From Candidatus Hermodarchaeota archaeon (GTDB lineage: Archaea > Asgardarchaeota > Thorarchaeia > Thorarchaeales > Thorarchaeaceae): a DNA stretch of 64,000 bases. Positions 1 to 10,505 of the stretch are shown here, in pieces (within the stretch, counting starts at the first letter, position 1; each line of letters opens with the position of its first letter). The stretch covers positions 141,676-205,675 of the forward strand of contig JBHLLF010000001.1 in NCBI GenBank assembly GCA_048885865.1. The letters are read 5' to 3'. The notes under the pieces were generated by a model. The model worked only from the letters and a program-made list of their open reading frames with translations, had not been told where the DNA came from and did not search any database. Position numbers and translations under genes: made by a program.

Positions 1-1207
1 GGTAGCTCAAGTGCTTCAAAGCATCAAGGAAGCCTTCAAGGAAAATGGACCCCCGCTAGAAAAGCTTGAGTTGAAAAGATGGATCACGGCCTTGGAGAAA
101 CTGGGTCGAGAACACCAACCCGGCATAGTTGAGATTATGGCTACGCTTGGAAACCATGGATTCCGATGGGTGACCAAGCTAATCAGAAATAACCTAGAAG
201 GTTTGAATATAGGTGCAATTGCCAGCATTCAGGAATTTCCTGAGAAGCACAGGTTTGCACTGGTACGACTCCTCTGTGAAGAAGCCTCACATCGAAAGCC
301 AGACTTATTGACATACATTGCAGGAGTTACTGATTCAAAATCAGTTAGATTCCTGAAGTCTTTTCTGTCGAGTGGAAAATGGAAAGATCGGAAAGAGGTT
401 GCTGAAGCTGTGGGTCGTGTGGGAATTACCTCCGCATCGGGTCTTGTCAGAGACCTTCTGAATGATCCTGATTGGAGAGTCAAGCAAGCTCTAGCTGAGA
501 ATATCAACGTATCTAAATCGAAGATTTCAAGCCTACTTAGAATAATGGAGATTCTTGTTGCAGATTCTCACACCAGGGTGAAACGTTCAGCTGGTAGAAC
601 ACTACTCAGAATGGGACTAAAGCCATGCATAGGTTCTAGTCTGGACGCCCAACGCGACAAGTTGATGAAACGATTTAGAGGTCAACTCTTGAAAGCGGCA
701 CCATTGAACAAGGAAATCGATTCAACTTGGTTGGGTGTTGATCTATCCGGAGAGAGTCCCTTCCCATCTAGTGCCCCCGATGATGCCCCATATTCGGCCA
801 AACCGCAACCAGTGGGACTTGGCGACCTTGCATCAGCCTTGTCAACACGGAAGGCGGAATCTACGAGTCCTGAAGTCGAGTTAGACCTCCGAACAGCGCT
901 GCTCAAGAAGATGTTGGAGTCTAAAGAATCGACAGATGCATCTGCAGTGATCGCAGAACCTACAACTAGCGACGCATCAAAGATAGATCAAAACCTCCCT
1001 CCACCCGCGCGATTCCTAGCACTAATGGATGAATTATCATCGACTCTTGGCAAAGCCCTCCCAGTCATGGTGATGAAGGCAAAGGCCTCAGAAATTGAGT
1101 TATCGTCTGATGAGTTTGATGAGGTACTTGGTCAGTTAGTGAAAGAAGGTACAGTCTATATGGTTGATGAGGATACTGTACGGCGAGCTGACATACTGAC
1201 CGAGTAG
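1..1207 (+). CDS. HEAT/PBS-lyase repeat protein with low-complexity linker and C-terminal winged-helix-like domain (5' partial)
   Basis: Repeats such as LLNDPDWRVKQALAENI and LVADSHTRVKRSAGRTL; frame open to the window start; C-terminal DEVLGQLVKEGTVY wHTH-like segment. Confidence 0.7.
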   Translation, partial: VAQVLQSIKEAFKENGPPLEKLELKRWITALEKLGREHQPGIVEIMATLGNHGFRWVTKLIRNNLEGLNIGAIASIQEFPEKHRFALVRLLCEEASHRKPDLLTYIAGVTDSKSVRFLKSFLSSGKWKDRKEVAEAVGRVGITSASGLVRDLLNDPDWRVKQALAENINVSKSKISSLLRIMEILVADSHTRVKRSAGRTLLRMGLKPCIGSSLDAQRDKLMKRFRGQLLKAAPLNKEIDSTWLGVDLSGESPFPSSAPDDAPYSAKPQPVGLGDLASALSTRKAESTSPEVELDLRTALLKKMLESKESTDASAVIAEPTTSDASKIDQNLPPPARFLALMDELSSTLGKALPVMVMKAKASEIELSSDEFDEVLGQLVKEGTVYMVDEDTVRRADILTE

Positions 1208-1270
1208 ATGGCGCTTGGGTAACACTAATCAGAACTTTGTAATCTTAACCAAGAAGGCGAGGAGAGAATA

Positions 1271-2593
1271 TTGTCTGAGAGCACATTGATTCAGGATGGC
1301 CTGGTCGTCACTGGGGACCGCAAAGGCACGATGTATTCGGATGGATATGTAAGAATCGAAGGCAATCAAATTGCGGAGCTGGGAAAGGGCAAGCCGAAAG
1401 GCAAAGCTGACAATGTCATAGATGCTAAGGGATGTGTTGTTATACCTGGGCTAATCACGGCTCATACGCATCTCTATGGCATTCTTTTGCGGGGTGCAAG
1501 TCTCAATATAGAGCCACCCACTGATTTCGCTCAGATACTTCAAAGAGTATGGTGGCCTCTCGATGAAACAATGAATCTGGAGGATGCGCATGCAAGTGCC
1601 CTTTCAGCATCTGCTGATATGCTTCGAAATGGCTCAACATTCTTCGCCGATACCTATTCCGGTCCCAACTCAATTGAAGGTGTGTTAGATAGTGTTGCTG
1701 ATGGATCGAATAGAGTCGGAATGCGGTCCATGCTTGCATTTGAAATGACTGAAAGAGACAGTGTAGAGATTGGTCACAGGGGACTTGAAGAGAATGTGAG
1801 ATTCTCAGGGTGTGCGAAATGTGGAGGACTCGCCTCCCTGATGATGAGCATCCATGCATCATTTACAGTCACAGATGAACTCATCCAAAAAGCAGTAGAG
1901 GAGGCTCGTAGACTGGATGTACCGATTACTATTCACACGTCTGAAGGTCTTGTTGACCTGTATCACAATTTGGAGCGCTATGGAGAGAGAACAGTTGAGC
2001 GTCTTGCCAGACTTGGCGTTCTTGGTCCTAAGACGGTTCTAGCACATTGTGTTCATGTCAATGACAGAGAGCTCGACCTCATTGCTGAACACAAGGCATC
2101 AGTTGCTCACAATCCCATGTCAAACATGCTGAATGCAGTTGGAACTGCTCCAGTTCCTGGAATGCTGAAACGAGGAATTCCTGTGGGGCTTGGAAATGAT
2201 GGGTGGATATATGATCCTTTCGAGAACATGAGATGTGCGCTGACTGTCCATCGTCTTGAAAACCGAGATCCTAGCATCATTGGTCCGGATGATATTTTCA
2301 GAATGGTCACCCTCGATGGTGCTCGATGCTATGGTCTTGAGAATCAAATAGGCAGTCTAGAAGTGGGCAAGCTGGCTGACATGGCAATTCTGAATGGTAC
2401 GCGAGTTCCCACGCCGTTGACTCCTGATTCAGTGATTGGACACCTCATAAACACCTTTGGGGGAAGAGATGTTGCGCATGTATTCGTAGATGGTGTTCAA
2501 GTAGTAAAGGACGGATCACTCACACTCATATCAGATGAAGAGGTTTCGGAGGTCTCTCGAGCAGCCAGTGCGAAGCTATGGTCGAGGTTATAG
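1271..2593 (+). CDS. Amidohydrolase, MtaD/SsnA (MTA/SAH deaminase-like) family
   Basis: PGLITAHTH metal motif, IHTSE, LAHCVH, HNPMSN, GLGND. Confidence 0.85.
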   Translation: MSESTLIQDGLVVTGDRKGTMYSDGYVRIEGNQIAELGKGKPKGKADNVIDAKGCVVIPGLITAHTHLYGILLRGASLNIEPPTDFAQILQRVWWPLDETMNLEDAHASALSASADMLRNGSTFFADTYSGPNSIEGVLDSVADGSNRVGMRSMLAFEMTERDSVEIGHRGLEENVRFSGCAKCGGLASLMMSIHASFTVTDELIQKAVEEARRLDVPITIHTSEGLVDLYHNLERYGERTVERLARLGVLGPKTVLAHCVHVNDRELDLIAEHKASVAHNPMSNMLNAVGTAPVPGMLKRGIPVGLGNDGWIYDPFENMRCALTVHRLENRDPSIIGPDDIFRMVTLDGARCYGLENQIGSLEVGKLADMAILNGTRVPTPLTPDSVIGHLINTFGGRDVAHVFVDGVQVVKDGSLTLISDEEVSEVSRAASAKLWSRL

Positions 2594-2639
2594 AAGCACC
2601 AGATGCAAACCGTTTTCAACTGGTCGTTAGTCGCCAAGA

Positions 2640-3587
2640 GTGGTGCTATCTCTGAATCGCAACTTCACCTTTAATCATGCAATCTTCGATGCACACACCC
2701 ATGGAATCGACCCTGACTCACTCGACCTTTTAGTCAGTATTCAAGGGAAATATGGAATTAAAAAAGCAGTCCTCATCTGCCACAGTCCTGCAATAATGGA
2801 ATATGCCAGAAGCACATATCCGGGTCGTTTCATCTGCGCCAAATACTTCTCTGGTACAATGCGATTCACTGAGGGCCCGCACAATCTTGCTCGAGAGGTT
2901 CTTGCAGCTCCTGAAGAAGGCTATGACCTCGTGAAAATGCAATCAGCTCCAGTAATGAGGGCCCGAGCTAAGGCAGACCCCGGTGAGCTTCGTCTTGATG
3001 GCGATGAGATGTCGCCTATGTTCGAAGCCATAATTGATGCTGGCATTCCATTCATTCTACACTTGTCCGATCCGGACACCTATTATGACAGCAGATACAC
3101 TGACACTGATTATTTTGGGACTAAGGAAAGAGACCTTGAAGAGCTGGAGGGAGTGCTGTCAAGGTATCCAGCAATTAAATTCCAAATAGCTCACTTCGCA
3201 GCACAACCAGAGATTCATCGCCTGGACAATCTTTCGCGGTGGTTCGATACATACAAGAACTTCAACATAGACACAAGTTCGGCTAGATGGATGTCCAGAG
3301 AATTGAGTAAGGATGTGGACCGGGCGAGTAACTTTCTGGCAAGACACAGCGATCGTATCCAATTTGGGACTGATTGTGTGGCATTCACGGACGATTCAAG
3401 CTATTATGATGGGCGGCATCTTGCTCTCAGACTGCTCCTGGAGAGCTCAGTTCGTGATACACCATTGCCCTTTCAGGATGCAGATACAGTGAACAGCGGC
3501 GGGACAATAATCAATGGACTAGAGCTTGCACAGGATGTCTTACAGAAGATTTACTGGAATAACGCGTGTGAATTCTATGGCATCTAG
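2640..3587 (+). CDS. Amidohydrolase_2 family protein
   Basis: DAHTH, ILH, IAHF, FGTD motifs and KIYWNNA tail. Confidence 0.75.
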   Translation: MVLSLNRNFTFNHAIFDAHTHGIDPDSLDLLVSIQGKYGIKKAVLICHSPAIMEYARSTYPGRFICAKYFSGTMRFTEGPHNLAREVLAAPEEGYDLVKMQSAPVMRARAKADPGELRLDGDEMSPMFEAIIDAGIPFILHLSDPDTYYDSRYTDTDYFGTKERDLEELEGVLSRYPAIKFQIAHFAAQPEIHRLDNLSRWFDTYKNFNIDTSSARWMSRELSKDVDRASNFLARHSDRIQFGTDCVAFTDDSSYYDGRHLALRLLLESSVRDTPLPFQDADTVNSGGTIINGLELAQDVLQKIYWNNACEFYGI

Positions 3588-3662
3588 AGCATGAAGCGCC
3601 ATGCCCTAGCGAGGCTATGATTTGGCGACCATATATTCCTAGGTCCGAGCTAATCTTCGACT

Positions 3663-4223
3663 CTAATATGTCACAGATCTCATGCCTGCTTCTCTTGCAT
3701 TTTGAACTGTATACAGGCTCTCACGCACTGAGCCTTTGCCATTCATCCCTGGAGCTATGATAGATTCAACATGGTCCATCCCTAGATACCGGCAGATTTC
3801 CTCAAACATTCCAACTGTATGCCGAGCATAATGTGAATTTCCTCCTCCCATTGGAATTGCGAGAATGACTCGCTTACCTTGGAAGGTTGATTGGTCCACT
3901 CCATACCATCTATCCAGAAATGCCTTGAATTGGGCTGTAGGTCCCCACCAGTAAATTGGAGTTCCCAAAACCCAAACGTCACTCTTCTTCATCAACTCAA
4001 GGACATGTTTCATGTCGTCGTCTTGTACACACTTCCCTGTTGTCTGACATCCATTGCAGGCTGTACAGGGAGATATGTTGAGGTCTCTGAGGGTGGCCTT
4101 TGCAGCTTCGGCTCCAGCTTCCACTGCTCCAGCCAGGACCTCATCGACCAATGTCTCTGTATTTCCTCCTCTACGAGGGCTCCCCACAATCCCCAGAACA
4201 TGTCTATAGCCTGAGGTCTCCAT
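3663..4223 (-). CDS. Flavodoxin-like iron-sulfur flavoprotein (NADPH-dependent FMN reductase family)
   Basis: GSPRRGGNT, CTACNGC...C cluster motif, GTPIYW. Confidence 0.9.
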   Translation of the reverse strand: METSGYRHVLGIVGSPRRGGNTETLVDEVLAGAVEAGAEAAKATLRDLNISPCTACNGCQTTGKCVQDDDMKHVLELMKKSDVWVLGTPIYWWGPTAQFKAFLDRWYGVDQSTFQGKRVILAIPMGGGNSHYARHTVGMFEEICRYLGMDHVESIIAPGMNGKGSVRESLYTVQNAREAGMRSVTY

Positions 4224-4247
4224 AGATCCTCCTCCACAATTGATGTT

Positions 4248-5189
4248 TCATTTCTCCTTGCGATAGATAAGGAATTTCTCGAAAGCTGTGAACTCGGGTT
4301 TCATTCTGACAATTGCTTCCGCTTCTACTCCATCTGTACTGAATCCGAAACTGGACATAATTGGAACATCAGTCCAACCAGCTTCTTTACAGTCCTTCGC
4401 AAGCTCAACCAGAAGTCGCTCCCAAGCATAGTCGTATCCCGGCTTCAAGGCTCTGAACCTAAGGATTAGTCGCTCACCGTCAGCTGGGATGTTGACGGTT
4501 TCGGGGCTGGTTCGTAGAGCGGCCGTTGCTCCAACAGCCTCATCGCCATCAAACAGGATTATTGGGGCTCTATTCGGGAAGACACGATCCTTGAAGTAGG
4601 ATACAAACCCCTCTCTATCTGCGAATGCTTCTCTGAGACGCTCATCAGCCAAGCACAAGTCAATCAGCTTATCGATATCGTCTTCAGTTGCTTTCCTTGC
4701 TTTCAGTTTTGCCGCCTTCCCCTCCACTTCCTTCTTGGCTGTCTCCTTGACATCAAAATCGACGCTGTACTGGTAGTATGTTTCATGGTCCGTAAAGCCG
4801 AGTTCCCGGAAGAACTTATCCTGCTTGTCCTTAATCTTTGAACGAAGGACAATGCCCGTGGTGATTCTGTCGATATCCTCTTTGCTCTTGAGATATTCGA
4901 ACTGCTCGGTGAAGAGCTTTTTCTGTACTTCCGGGGGACAATCTGGCATAGTCCAGCAATATCCAATATTCGCCCTACCAGGTTCATCATCAGAAACACT
5001 TGAAGTGACATAGGCAAGGGGCTTACCATCTTCCGTCAATGCGTACCTAGTTGCATCTTCGCCGCGTTGGATGTTGCGGTCTCGAATCTGCCAACCCTGA
5101 GCTGGAAGACCTGAAGCCTCAGTATAGATCTGGGCTTGAATATCCTCCAGTCCTTCATCGGCATTCCATTTCTTGTATACAACCTTCAT
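4248..5189 (-). CDS. Hypothetical protein, probable tandem GNAT-like fold
   Basis: Long ORF; start moved to MKVVYKKW; KARKATEDDIDKL and FFRELGF resemble GNAT motifs. Confidence 0.55.
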   Translation of the reverse strand: MKVVYKKWNADEGLEDIQAQIYTEASGLPAQGWQIRDRNIQRGEDATRYALTEDGKPLAYVTSSVSDDEPGRANIGYCWTMPDCPPEVQKKLFTEQFEYLKSKEDIDRITTGIVLRSKIKDKQDKFFRELGFTDHETYYQYSVDFDVKETAKKEVEGKAAKLKARKATEDDIDKLIDLCLADERLREAFADREGFVSYFKDRVFPNRAPIILFDGDEAVGATAALRTSPETVNIPADGERLILRFRALKPGYDYAWERLLVELAKDCKEAGWTDVPIMSSFGFSTDGVEAEAIVRMKPEFTAFEKFLIYRKEK

Positions 5190-5381
5190 TCTACTTCTCC
5201 TCTCAACACTATCCGAATCGAATACAGGGAAAATATACAGTGCGCATACAAATATTGTATATAATAAACCTTTGCTCTCACAACCATTTGTTCGACAAAA
5301 TACGAATTCCCTAGAACTCAAGAATCGGTAGGATTGATTAATTCTAACAAGTCAAAGGAAGAGTGAGATTCCAGCTGATTC

Positions 5382-5681
5382 CTATTTCTTCTTGCGCTTT
5401 CTTTTTGGCTTTATGAACTCCTCCAGCGAGCTCTGTTGAATTGGCCCAAGTTTCCATCTCTTGCCATCAGGATTCCTCTCGACAACCTTCTCTCGCTCCA
5501 TATTATGCAGATGATAGAGGATTGTCGCTGTTGTCACCTCGACACTCTCAGCAATCTCCCCCACAGTTTTCCAGTTTTCACTAGCCAGAGTCTGCAGTAT
5601 CTCAGTTCTACGAGCAAGTCCTCTGTCAATATTCCTAATCCAATGAAGGTATGCCCTACGGTCAAGAGTCAGATTGTTCAA
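5382..5681 (-). CDS. Winged helix-turn-helix (ArsR-like) DNA-binding protein
   Basis: TVGEIAESVEVTTATILYHLHNMEREKVVER HTH; basic C-terminal tail. Confidence 0.8.
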   Translation of the reverse strand: MNNLTLDRRAYLHWIRNIDRGLARRTEILQTLASENWKTVGEIAESVEVTTATILYHLHNMEREKVVERNPDGKRWKLGPIQQSSLEEFIKPKRKRKKK

Positions 5682-5725
5682 CCCATCAATGGTTGCACGC
5701 AGAACGAAATGTGTGTTTCTCTTGC

Positions 5726-6004
5726 CTATTTCCTTGAAAGACCCATTAAATCAAGAAAGGCTGCAGGTTCGCTCCCTTCGGTAATGGGTCTTATCCTGTA
5801 TTTTGGATACGTGTGACTCAACTTCGCAGCAATTCTTGTGCCGTAGAGTTTCTTGAACAGCTGAGCTTTGGCTCCTCGCCAAAGATAGATTACTTTCTCA
5901 TCGTGATCAATGAAAACTAGGACTTTATCAGTCTCAATTGTTGAGGCGCTTGCTTCAGTCTCAGTCATCTTGGCGTCTGAGTCTATTTCAAAGGCCTCTA
6001 CCAT
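5726..6004 (-). CDS. Single-domain gelsolin-like protein (92 aa)
   Basis: DKVLVFID, VIYLWRG and ITEGSEPAAFLDLMG match the gelsolin-repeat pattern; ATG at 6004 avoids overlap with the divergent gene. Confidence 0.8.
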   Translation of the reverse strand: MVEAFEIDSDAKMTETEASASTIETDKVLVFIDHDEKVIYLWRGAKAQLFKKLYGTRIAAKLSHTYPKYRIRPITEGSEPAAFLDLMGLSRK

Positions 6005-6119
6005 CAATATCCCTCGCATGAAGGTTACAAAGAAGGATGCATTCCCTCTTATGATACTTTTCCAAATGTATTGCACTCTTTGGTGATATTGATTAAGCAC
6101 AAGCAACTTACAAAAAGGG

Positions 6120-6878
6120 TTGCAGCGAGTCTTGATTCCGTGGGTGGAAAGGTTGACAGAAGAAATCCCGTCCCGGGTCAAATTCATTGATAGAGCAAGA
6201 AGGCGAATCGAGATCAAGATGAATGAGGTTACCCTTCAATTTCCCTTGAACGCAGTCCCTGATCCATTGTATCTTGCCATGGCAACAGCCTTCGACGGAG
6301 ATGAGCAGGTGGAGTGCAAGCTCCTGGCAGCCTACCACGACACAGTCATGAAGCCAACACTATGTTCTTCAGAACCCACCAGTATCTTCAAAGTCACCAC
6401 CGCAACGAAGATTGTAAGACTCACTTTGACTGATGAAGAGATAGAAAATCAGATCGAGGAGATTGAGGGTGAGATTCTATCATTTCAGGGGCGACCATTT
6501 GAAGAGACTGTTGACGATAGAATTGAGTTGTACAAAAGAATCTATCTTGATGACAAAAAGATTGACAGGTTTCGATTCGGCGCAGCAGAAATGTATGGTG
6601 ACACCACATACGGGAATATTCGACAGGATCCTAGAGTTGTGCTAAACTTTCAATGGCACAAGCCAGAGGAGAATGTCTACAGAGGATATCAGGTGAACTG
6701 CATCGCTGAGATTGTTCTACCTGGGGATCCCTTCTATCGATTCATGAGGAGCATGAGGTCTCTGTTCGTGCGGCGTTTCATCGACCTGCGAGCTTCAGAG
6801 TATCCTGCCGCTTACAAGTTATATGTGTGCGAAGCACATGACAAAAGCTTGTCTACAAGACCTGGATTCGTCCCCTAG
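6120..6878 (+). CDS. Hypothetical protein with C-terminal PNPOx-like split-barrel
   Basis: TYGNIRQDPRVVLNF...GYQVNC is typical of FMN-binding split barrels. Confidence 0.55.
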   Translation: MQRVLIPWVERLTEEIPSRVKFIDRARRRIEIKMNEVTLQFPLNAVPDPLYLAMATAFDGDEQVECKLLAAYHDTVMKPTLCSSEPTSIFKVTTATKIVRLTLTDEEIENQIEEIEGEILSFQGRPFEETVDDRIELYKRIYLDDKKIDRFRFGAAEMYGDTTYGNIRQDPRVVLNFQWHKPEENVYRGYQVNCIAEIVLPGDPFYRFMRSMRSLFVRRFIDLRASEYPAAYKLYVCEAHDKSLSTRPGFVP

Positions 6879-6882
6879 ACTA

Positions 6883-9426
6883 CTAGTAGTTGGTCAGTCG
6901 TAATAATCTCTCTGGGAGTTCTTCAACGGCACCTATGTCTAGCACCACGCCGTGTGACTTCTTTGCTAGCTTATCTGCCGCATTCAGGTCATAGGAACTC
7001 TTTGGAACAAGAATGATCATCTTGATGTCCTGGTGCTTGAATTTCTCAGCTAGTCTTTCACATTCAGCTTGGTCGCTTAAGTAGGCGTCAGTGGCAAAAA
7101 TGAAGATCTTCTCCTTGGCCCGAGTTTCCTCAAAATTGTTGAGAGCCCACTGCAGAGAAGTCCTTCCTCCGGTGCCCCCACTTGCTCGTACATCCAATAG
7201 GTCGGCTGCAACCTTTTCTACTGGTACCTGACGCTGGTCAATTCTCTTCACAACATGCATCACACTGTCAAACAGACAAACGCCAAAATCGTCCTTTTGC
7301 ACGCCATATAGCCCAGCCATCACGCTGATCGCGAGCATGCCAAGCTTCTCAGGTGAATGCATAGAGCCGCTCTTGTCGAGGGCCCAGACGAAGGAACGGT
7401 TTCCTTGATAGGTTTCGCAAATCAAAAAGTCCTCCACGTCAAGGACCTTGAAATTGGTGCGACCCTGTGATAAGAGTGAATCAATTGTTTCTTCCAAGTC
7501 AATGAGGTCGATGTCGTCGCCAATACGGAATGGTCTAACAGTGGTTGACTGCTGTATTCCGCCAAGCATTGATGATCCCATCGTGGCTCTAGCGTATCTC
7601 TTTCCAAGGTCTATAAGGAGCCTCTTCGCAATTTCCTTGAGCCTCTGCTTGATATGCTCTGGTAGAGAATCACGATAGGCATACCAAATCCTAACTATGT
7701 TTGTAGCTGGCCCGCCGAGCAACCCTCCGAAGACCATGTTTGCCCTTTCATCATCAATAGGTCCAGCCTCCCCGGGACGTCCAGCGTAGCTTACAGCGCG
7801 TCCGTATTGTTGCCTCGTACCCATTCCCATCGCAGCTCCAAAATTCTCATGAGCAATCGCCCCTAGTGCGGACTGATTTCCGGTCTGAGCCGATAGGTCT
7901 GCAAGCTCACGGAGCTGATGGTCACTCAGTCCAGCTGACGAGATGAGATTGTGCAGTCGCTCAAAGTCTTGCACACCCTGCTCAATGAGCTTCCTTATGA
8001 CACGATAGGATGGATTGAGCAGCTCGAGAATCTCCTCTTCCGTCATGCCCAGTTTTTCGCCAGCCTCCCTTACTGCCTTCTCTGAAGGCACAATACCTTG
8101 GCGAGAGAGTTCCCTCACAGTTTTTCTAAGGTGTGTCTTTGTTGGGGAGCGTTTGACAGCAGCGTCAGCTAGTTCCTGTTTTGCCTTCTGCCAAGATTCC
8201 TTTGGTTGATGCCCACCCACTTTGTCGTCAAGTCGGGACATGTCATTGATCTTCTGTCTGAGATAATCTGATGGCGACGACCTAGAATCAGCGTGCTCGA
8301 CGGTTTCTTTTGTCTTCTTATCCAAAAGACTCTTCCATGACTCAGTGTTCCTGGCGTTTTCAGCCAGCTGCCGAAGGTCAACATTGGTCGAAGCTCCCTT
8401 GTCATATTGCTGGTCATATTGCTCGAGAATATCATCCATTAGATCAGTGCTGTCAGGTGTGTGGCTCTTAACAGTTTCAGCAAACTCAGCAGCATCTGCG
8501 AGTTGGTAGAGTTGCGGTGCGCTTTTCAGATGTTCAGCGATGTTGTCTGGAAGCCTCTCAAGATGCCTGACATAAGCTGCAACTTCGCTAAGATTGTCTA
8601 GCGATTCTTGCAGTGCCTTGTCCATCGCCTTTCTCTGGGCCTTTGTTCCAGCTTCCATGTCCTCCATATGCCTTAGGGCACGAGCAGCAGTTGTTGGGTC
8701 TCTGTCAGCAAGTTCCTTGAACTCCTCGTCAATTCCTTTGTCTCCACGATAGGCTCTTGCAGCAATACTTTCTGCGGCGTTGGAAGACTCTGCCACATTG
8801 TCAAGGACTTCCAGAACCTTGGCATCCATAATGTTCTGTGAGGACAAACTGCCCATATCCTCAAGGAGCTCAGCTGACGCTTCTCTGCGAAGATCTTCGT
8901 CGCTTGTGAGTCCACGAAGTACAACATCACCCTCATTCAGGTAGTGCATTGATGCATCGTAGAGCGCGGTGTCTTTGCGCTTCCTAAGATCCTGAAGGTA
9001 CTCAAAACCTGCCTCGACTTTGTCCTTGTCGATCTTCTTGGCCAAGTCTTGCTCTCTCTTGATCTGTTCCATGACTGCAGCCAAAGCGTCTTTTCTCACC
9101 ATGGAGACTGTCTTTGCTGTTGGTTGCTTGGTCTGAGGAGTTGAGTCTCTTTTCTCTCGACCTAGGATAATGTCTTCTGCAACTATTCGCGCGATGGCTT
9201 GATCTGAAGGATAGGTAGTGCGGACAGCAGCGTCGATGAAATCATCCAGAGTAAGCGCTCCATTTCGAAAGTACCTCGCGGAGAGTATCTGTGGTATCGC
9301 TTGAGTTTGCCTCACACTAGGTCTAATCTTGACATCAGACCTTGCTCTCATTCTCTTAACAAACTCGTGTGCAAAATGTATTGTATTGCTGGGAATCGGT
9401 GATATCCTGGGTTGAGTTTGAGCCAT
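6883..9426 (-). CDS. Large VWA-domain protein (MoxR partner)
   Basis: MIDAS DKSGS, GGT, FATD; IDLEETI pre-VWA motif; 3 bp downstream of MoxR. Confidence 0.85.
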   Translation of the reverse strand: MAQTQPRISPIPSNTIHFAHEFVKRMRARSDVKIRPSVRQTQAIPQILSARYFRNGALTLDDFIDAAVRTTYPSDQAIARIVAEDIILGREKRDSTPQTKQPTAKTVSMVRKDALAAVMEQIKREQDLAKKIDKDKVEAGFEYLQDLRKRKDTALYDASMHYLNEGDVVLRGLTSDEDLRREASAELLEDMGSLSSQNIMDAKVLEVLDNVAESSNAAESIAARAYRGDKGIDEEFKELADRDPTTAARALRHMEDMEAGTKAQRKAMDKALQESLDNLSEVAAYVRHLERLPDNIAEHLKSAPQLYQLADAAEFAETVKSHTPDSTDLMDDILEQYDQQYDKGASTNVDLRQLAENARNTESWKSLLDKKTKETVEHADSRSSPSDYLRQKINDMSRLDDKVGGHQPKESWQKAKQELADAAVKRSPTKTHLRKTVRELSRQGIVPSEKAVREAGEKLGMTEEEILELLNPSYRVIRKLIEQGVQDFERLHNLISSAGLSDHQLRELADLSAQTGNQSALGAIAHENFGAAMGMGTRQQYGRAVSYAGRPGEAGPIDDERANMVFGGLLGGPATNIVRIWYAYRDSLPEHIKQRLKEIAKRLLIDLGKRYARATMGSSMLGGIQQSTTVRPFRIGDDIDLIDLEETIDSLLSQGRTNFKVLDVEDFLICETYQGNRSFVWALDKSGSMHSPEKLGMLAISVMAGLYGVQKDDFGVCLFDSVMHVVKRIDQRQVPVEKVAADLLDVRASGGTGGRTSLQWALNNFEETRAKEKIFIFATDAYLSDQAECERLAEKFKHQDIKMIILVPKSSYDLNAADKLAKKSHGVVLDIGAVEELPERLLRLTNY

Positions 9427-9429
9427 CGC

Positions 9430-10374
9430 CTACGAACTCCCGGGGGCGCTTGGGATACTAGAACCGCCTGAGCCGAGAACCCGTCTCACTAATGAGTTGA
9501 CCGCAGGTTCGGGGTCAATGCCCGGTCTAAACCTTAGAGCTCCAGCCAGGACATATGTGGCTGCCTTTGAGAGGATTCCATGTGTAACGTTCTTCCTTCC
9601 CTCTCGCTTCGCCATTTGTGCAGAGAGCCTGGCAATTGAGATGCCTGCGCGAATTGACGCTGGTATTTCAATATCGGTGCTCACTCTTGTGGCTGAAACC
9701 AGTCCATAAATGCTCTCTAGAGTCTTGTCCGAAAGAGTATACTCCGGACAGTTCAGCTTCACTATTTCAATCTCCGTGGATTTCCTAGGGTAGCCGAGTC
9801 GAATCCACACTCTGATACGGTCTCTTAATGCCTCGCTCAGTCGATGCGCTCCTGCCATCTCTTCAGGATTAAGGGTCAAGACAGGAAAGAAGTCATCTGC
9901 GGCTTTGATTCGGCCCAATCTAGGGACAACAGCACTCCACTCTTCAAATGGCTCCAACAAGCTATTCTGGACATACTCTGCTAGGCGGTTTGCTTCATTA
10001 AGGCCAAATACGCCTCCAAATATCATAGATTTCAGAAGAGGGCCCGGGTCAAACGACTCAAGAGTAAAACCTTTGCTCAATACTAGGCTTGGATTGAATG
10101 ATCCTATCAAGTGCGCTGGTCGAACTCCCTCATCTCCAGTCAGCCACTCAAAGTCACGATTGCTCTTCTCTGCATATGCCCTCAAAAGCAAAGTTTTCCC
10201 AACACCAGGTGGTCCTATAAGGCCTGGAATTAGACCCGAATTTTCACAGTCCTCAAGAATTTCGAAGGCCTCTTTGTACTGCTCCTTGATGACAATCCTG
10301 ACCTTCTCTTTCTTTGCGGCTTTGAGCCGCTCATCAAACCTCTCCGAGAATTCCTTAGTTGTCTTCTGCATCAT
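9430..10374 (-). CDS. MoxR-family AAA+ ATPase
   Basis: Walker A GPPGVGKT, LNEANR Walker B variant, TLNP, LSEALRDR. Confidence 0.9.
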   Translation of the reverse strand: MMQKTTKEFSERFDERLKAAKKEKVRIVIKEQYKEAFEILEDCENSGLIPGLIGPPGVGKTLLLRAYAEKSNRDFEWLTGDEGVRPAHLIGSFNPSLVLSKGFTLESFDPGPLLKSMIFGGVFGLNEANRLAEYVQNSLLEPFEEWSAVVPRLGRIKAADDFFPVLTLNPEEMAGAHRLSEALRDRIRVWIRLGYPRKSTEIEIVKLNCPEYTLSDKTLESIYGLVSATRVSTDIEIPASIRAGISIARLSAQMAKREGRKNVTHGILSKAATYVLAGALRFRPGIDPEPAVNSLVRRVLGSGGSSIPSAPGSS

Positions 10375-10505
10375 TCTATGCCCCCATAGACCAAAATGTT
10401 GTGACTTGAGACCATATTAAAGCATGTCCTTTTTGCGTTAGGCGAAGCAGGCGTGCGTGAGTTGATTCCTTCTCTAGTTACAAAAAGCTTGAGGTTTCTG
10501 ATATG

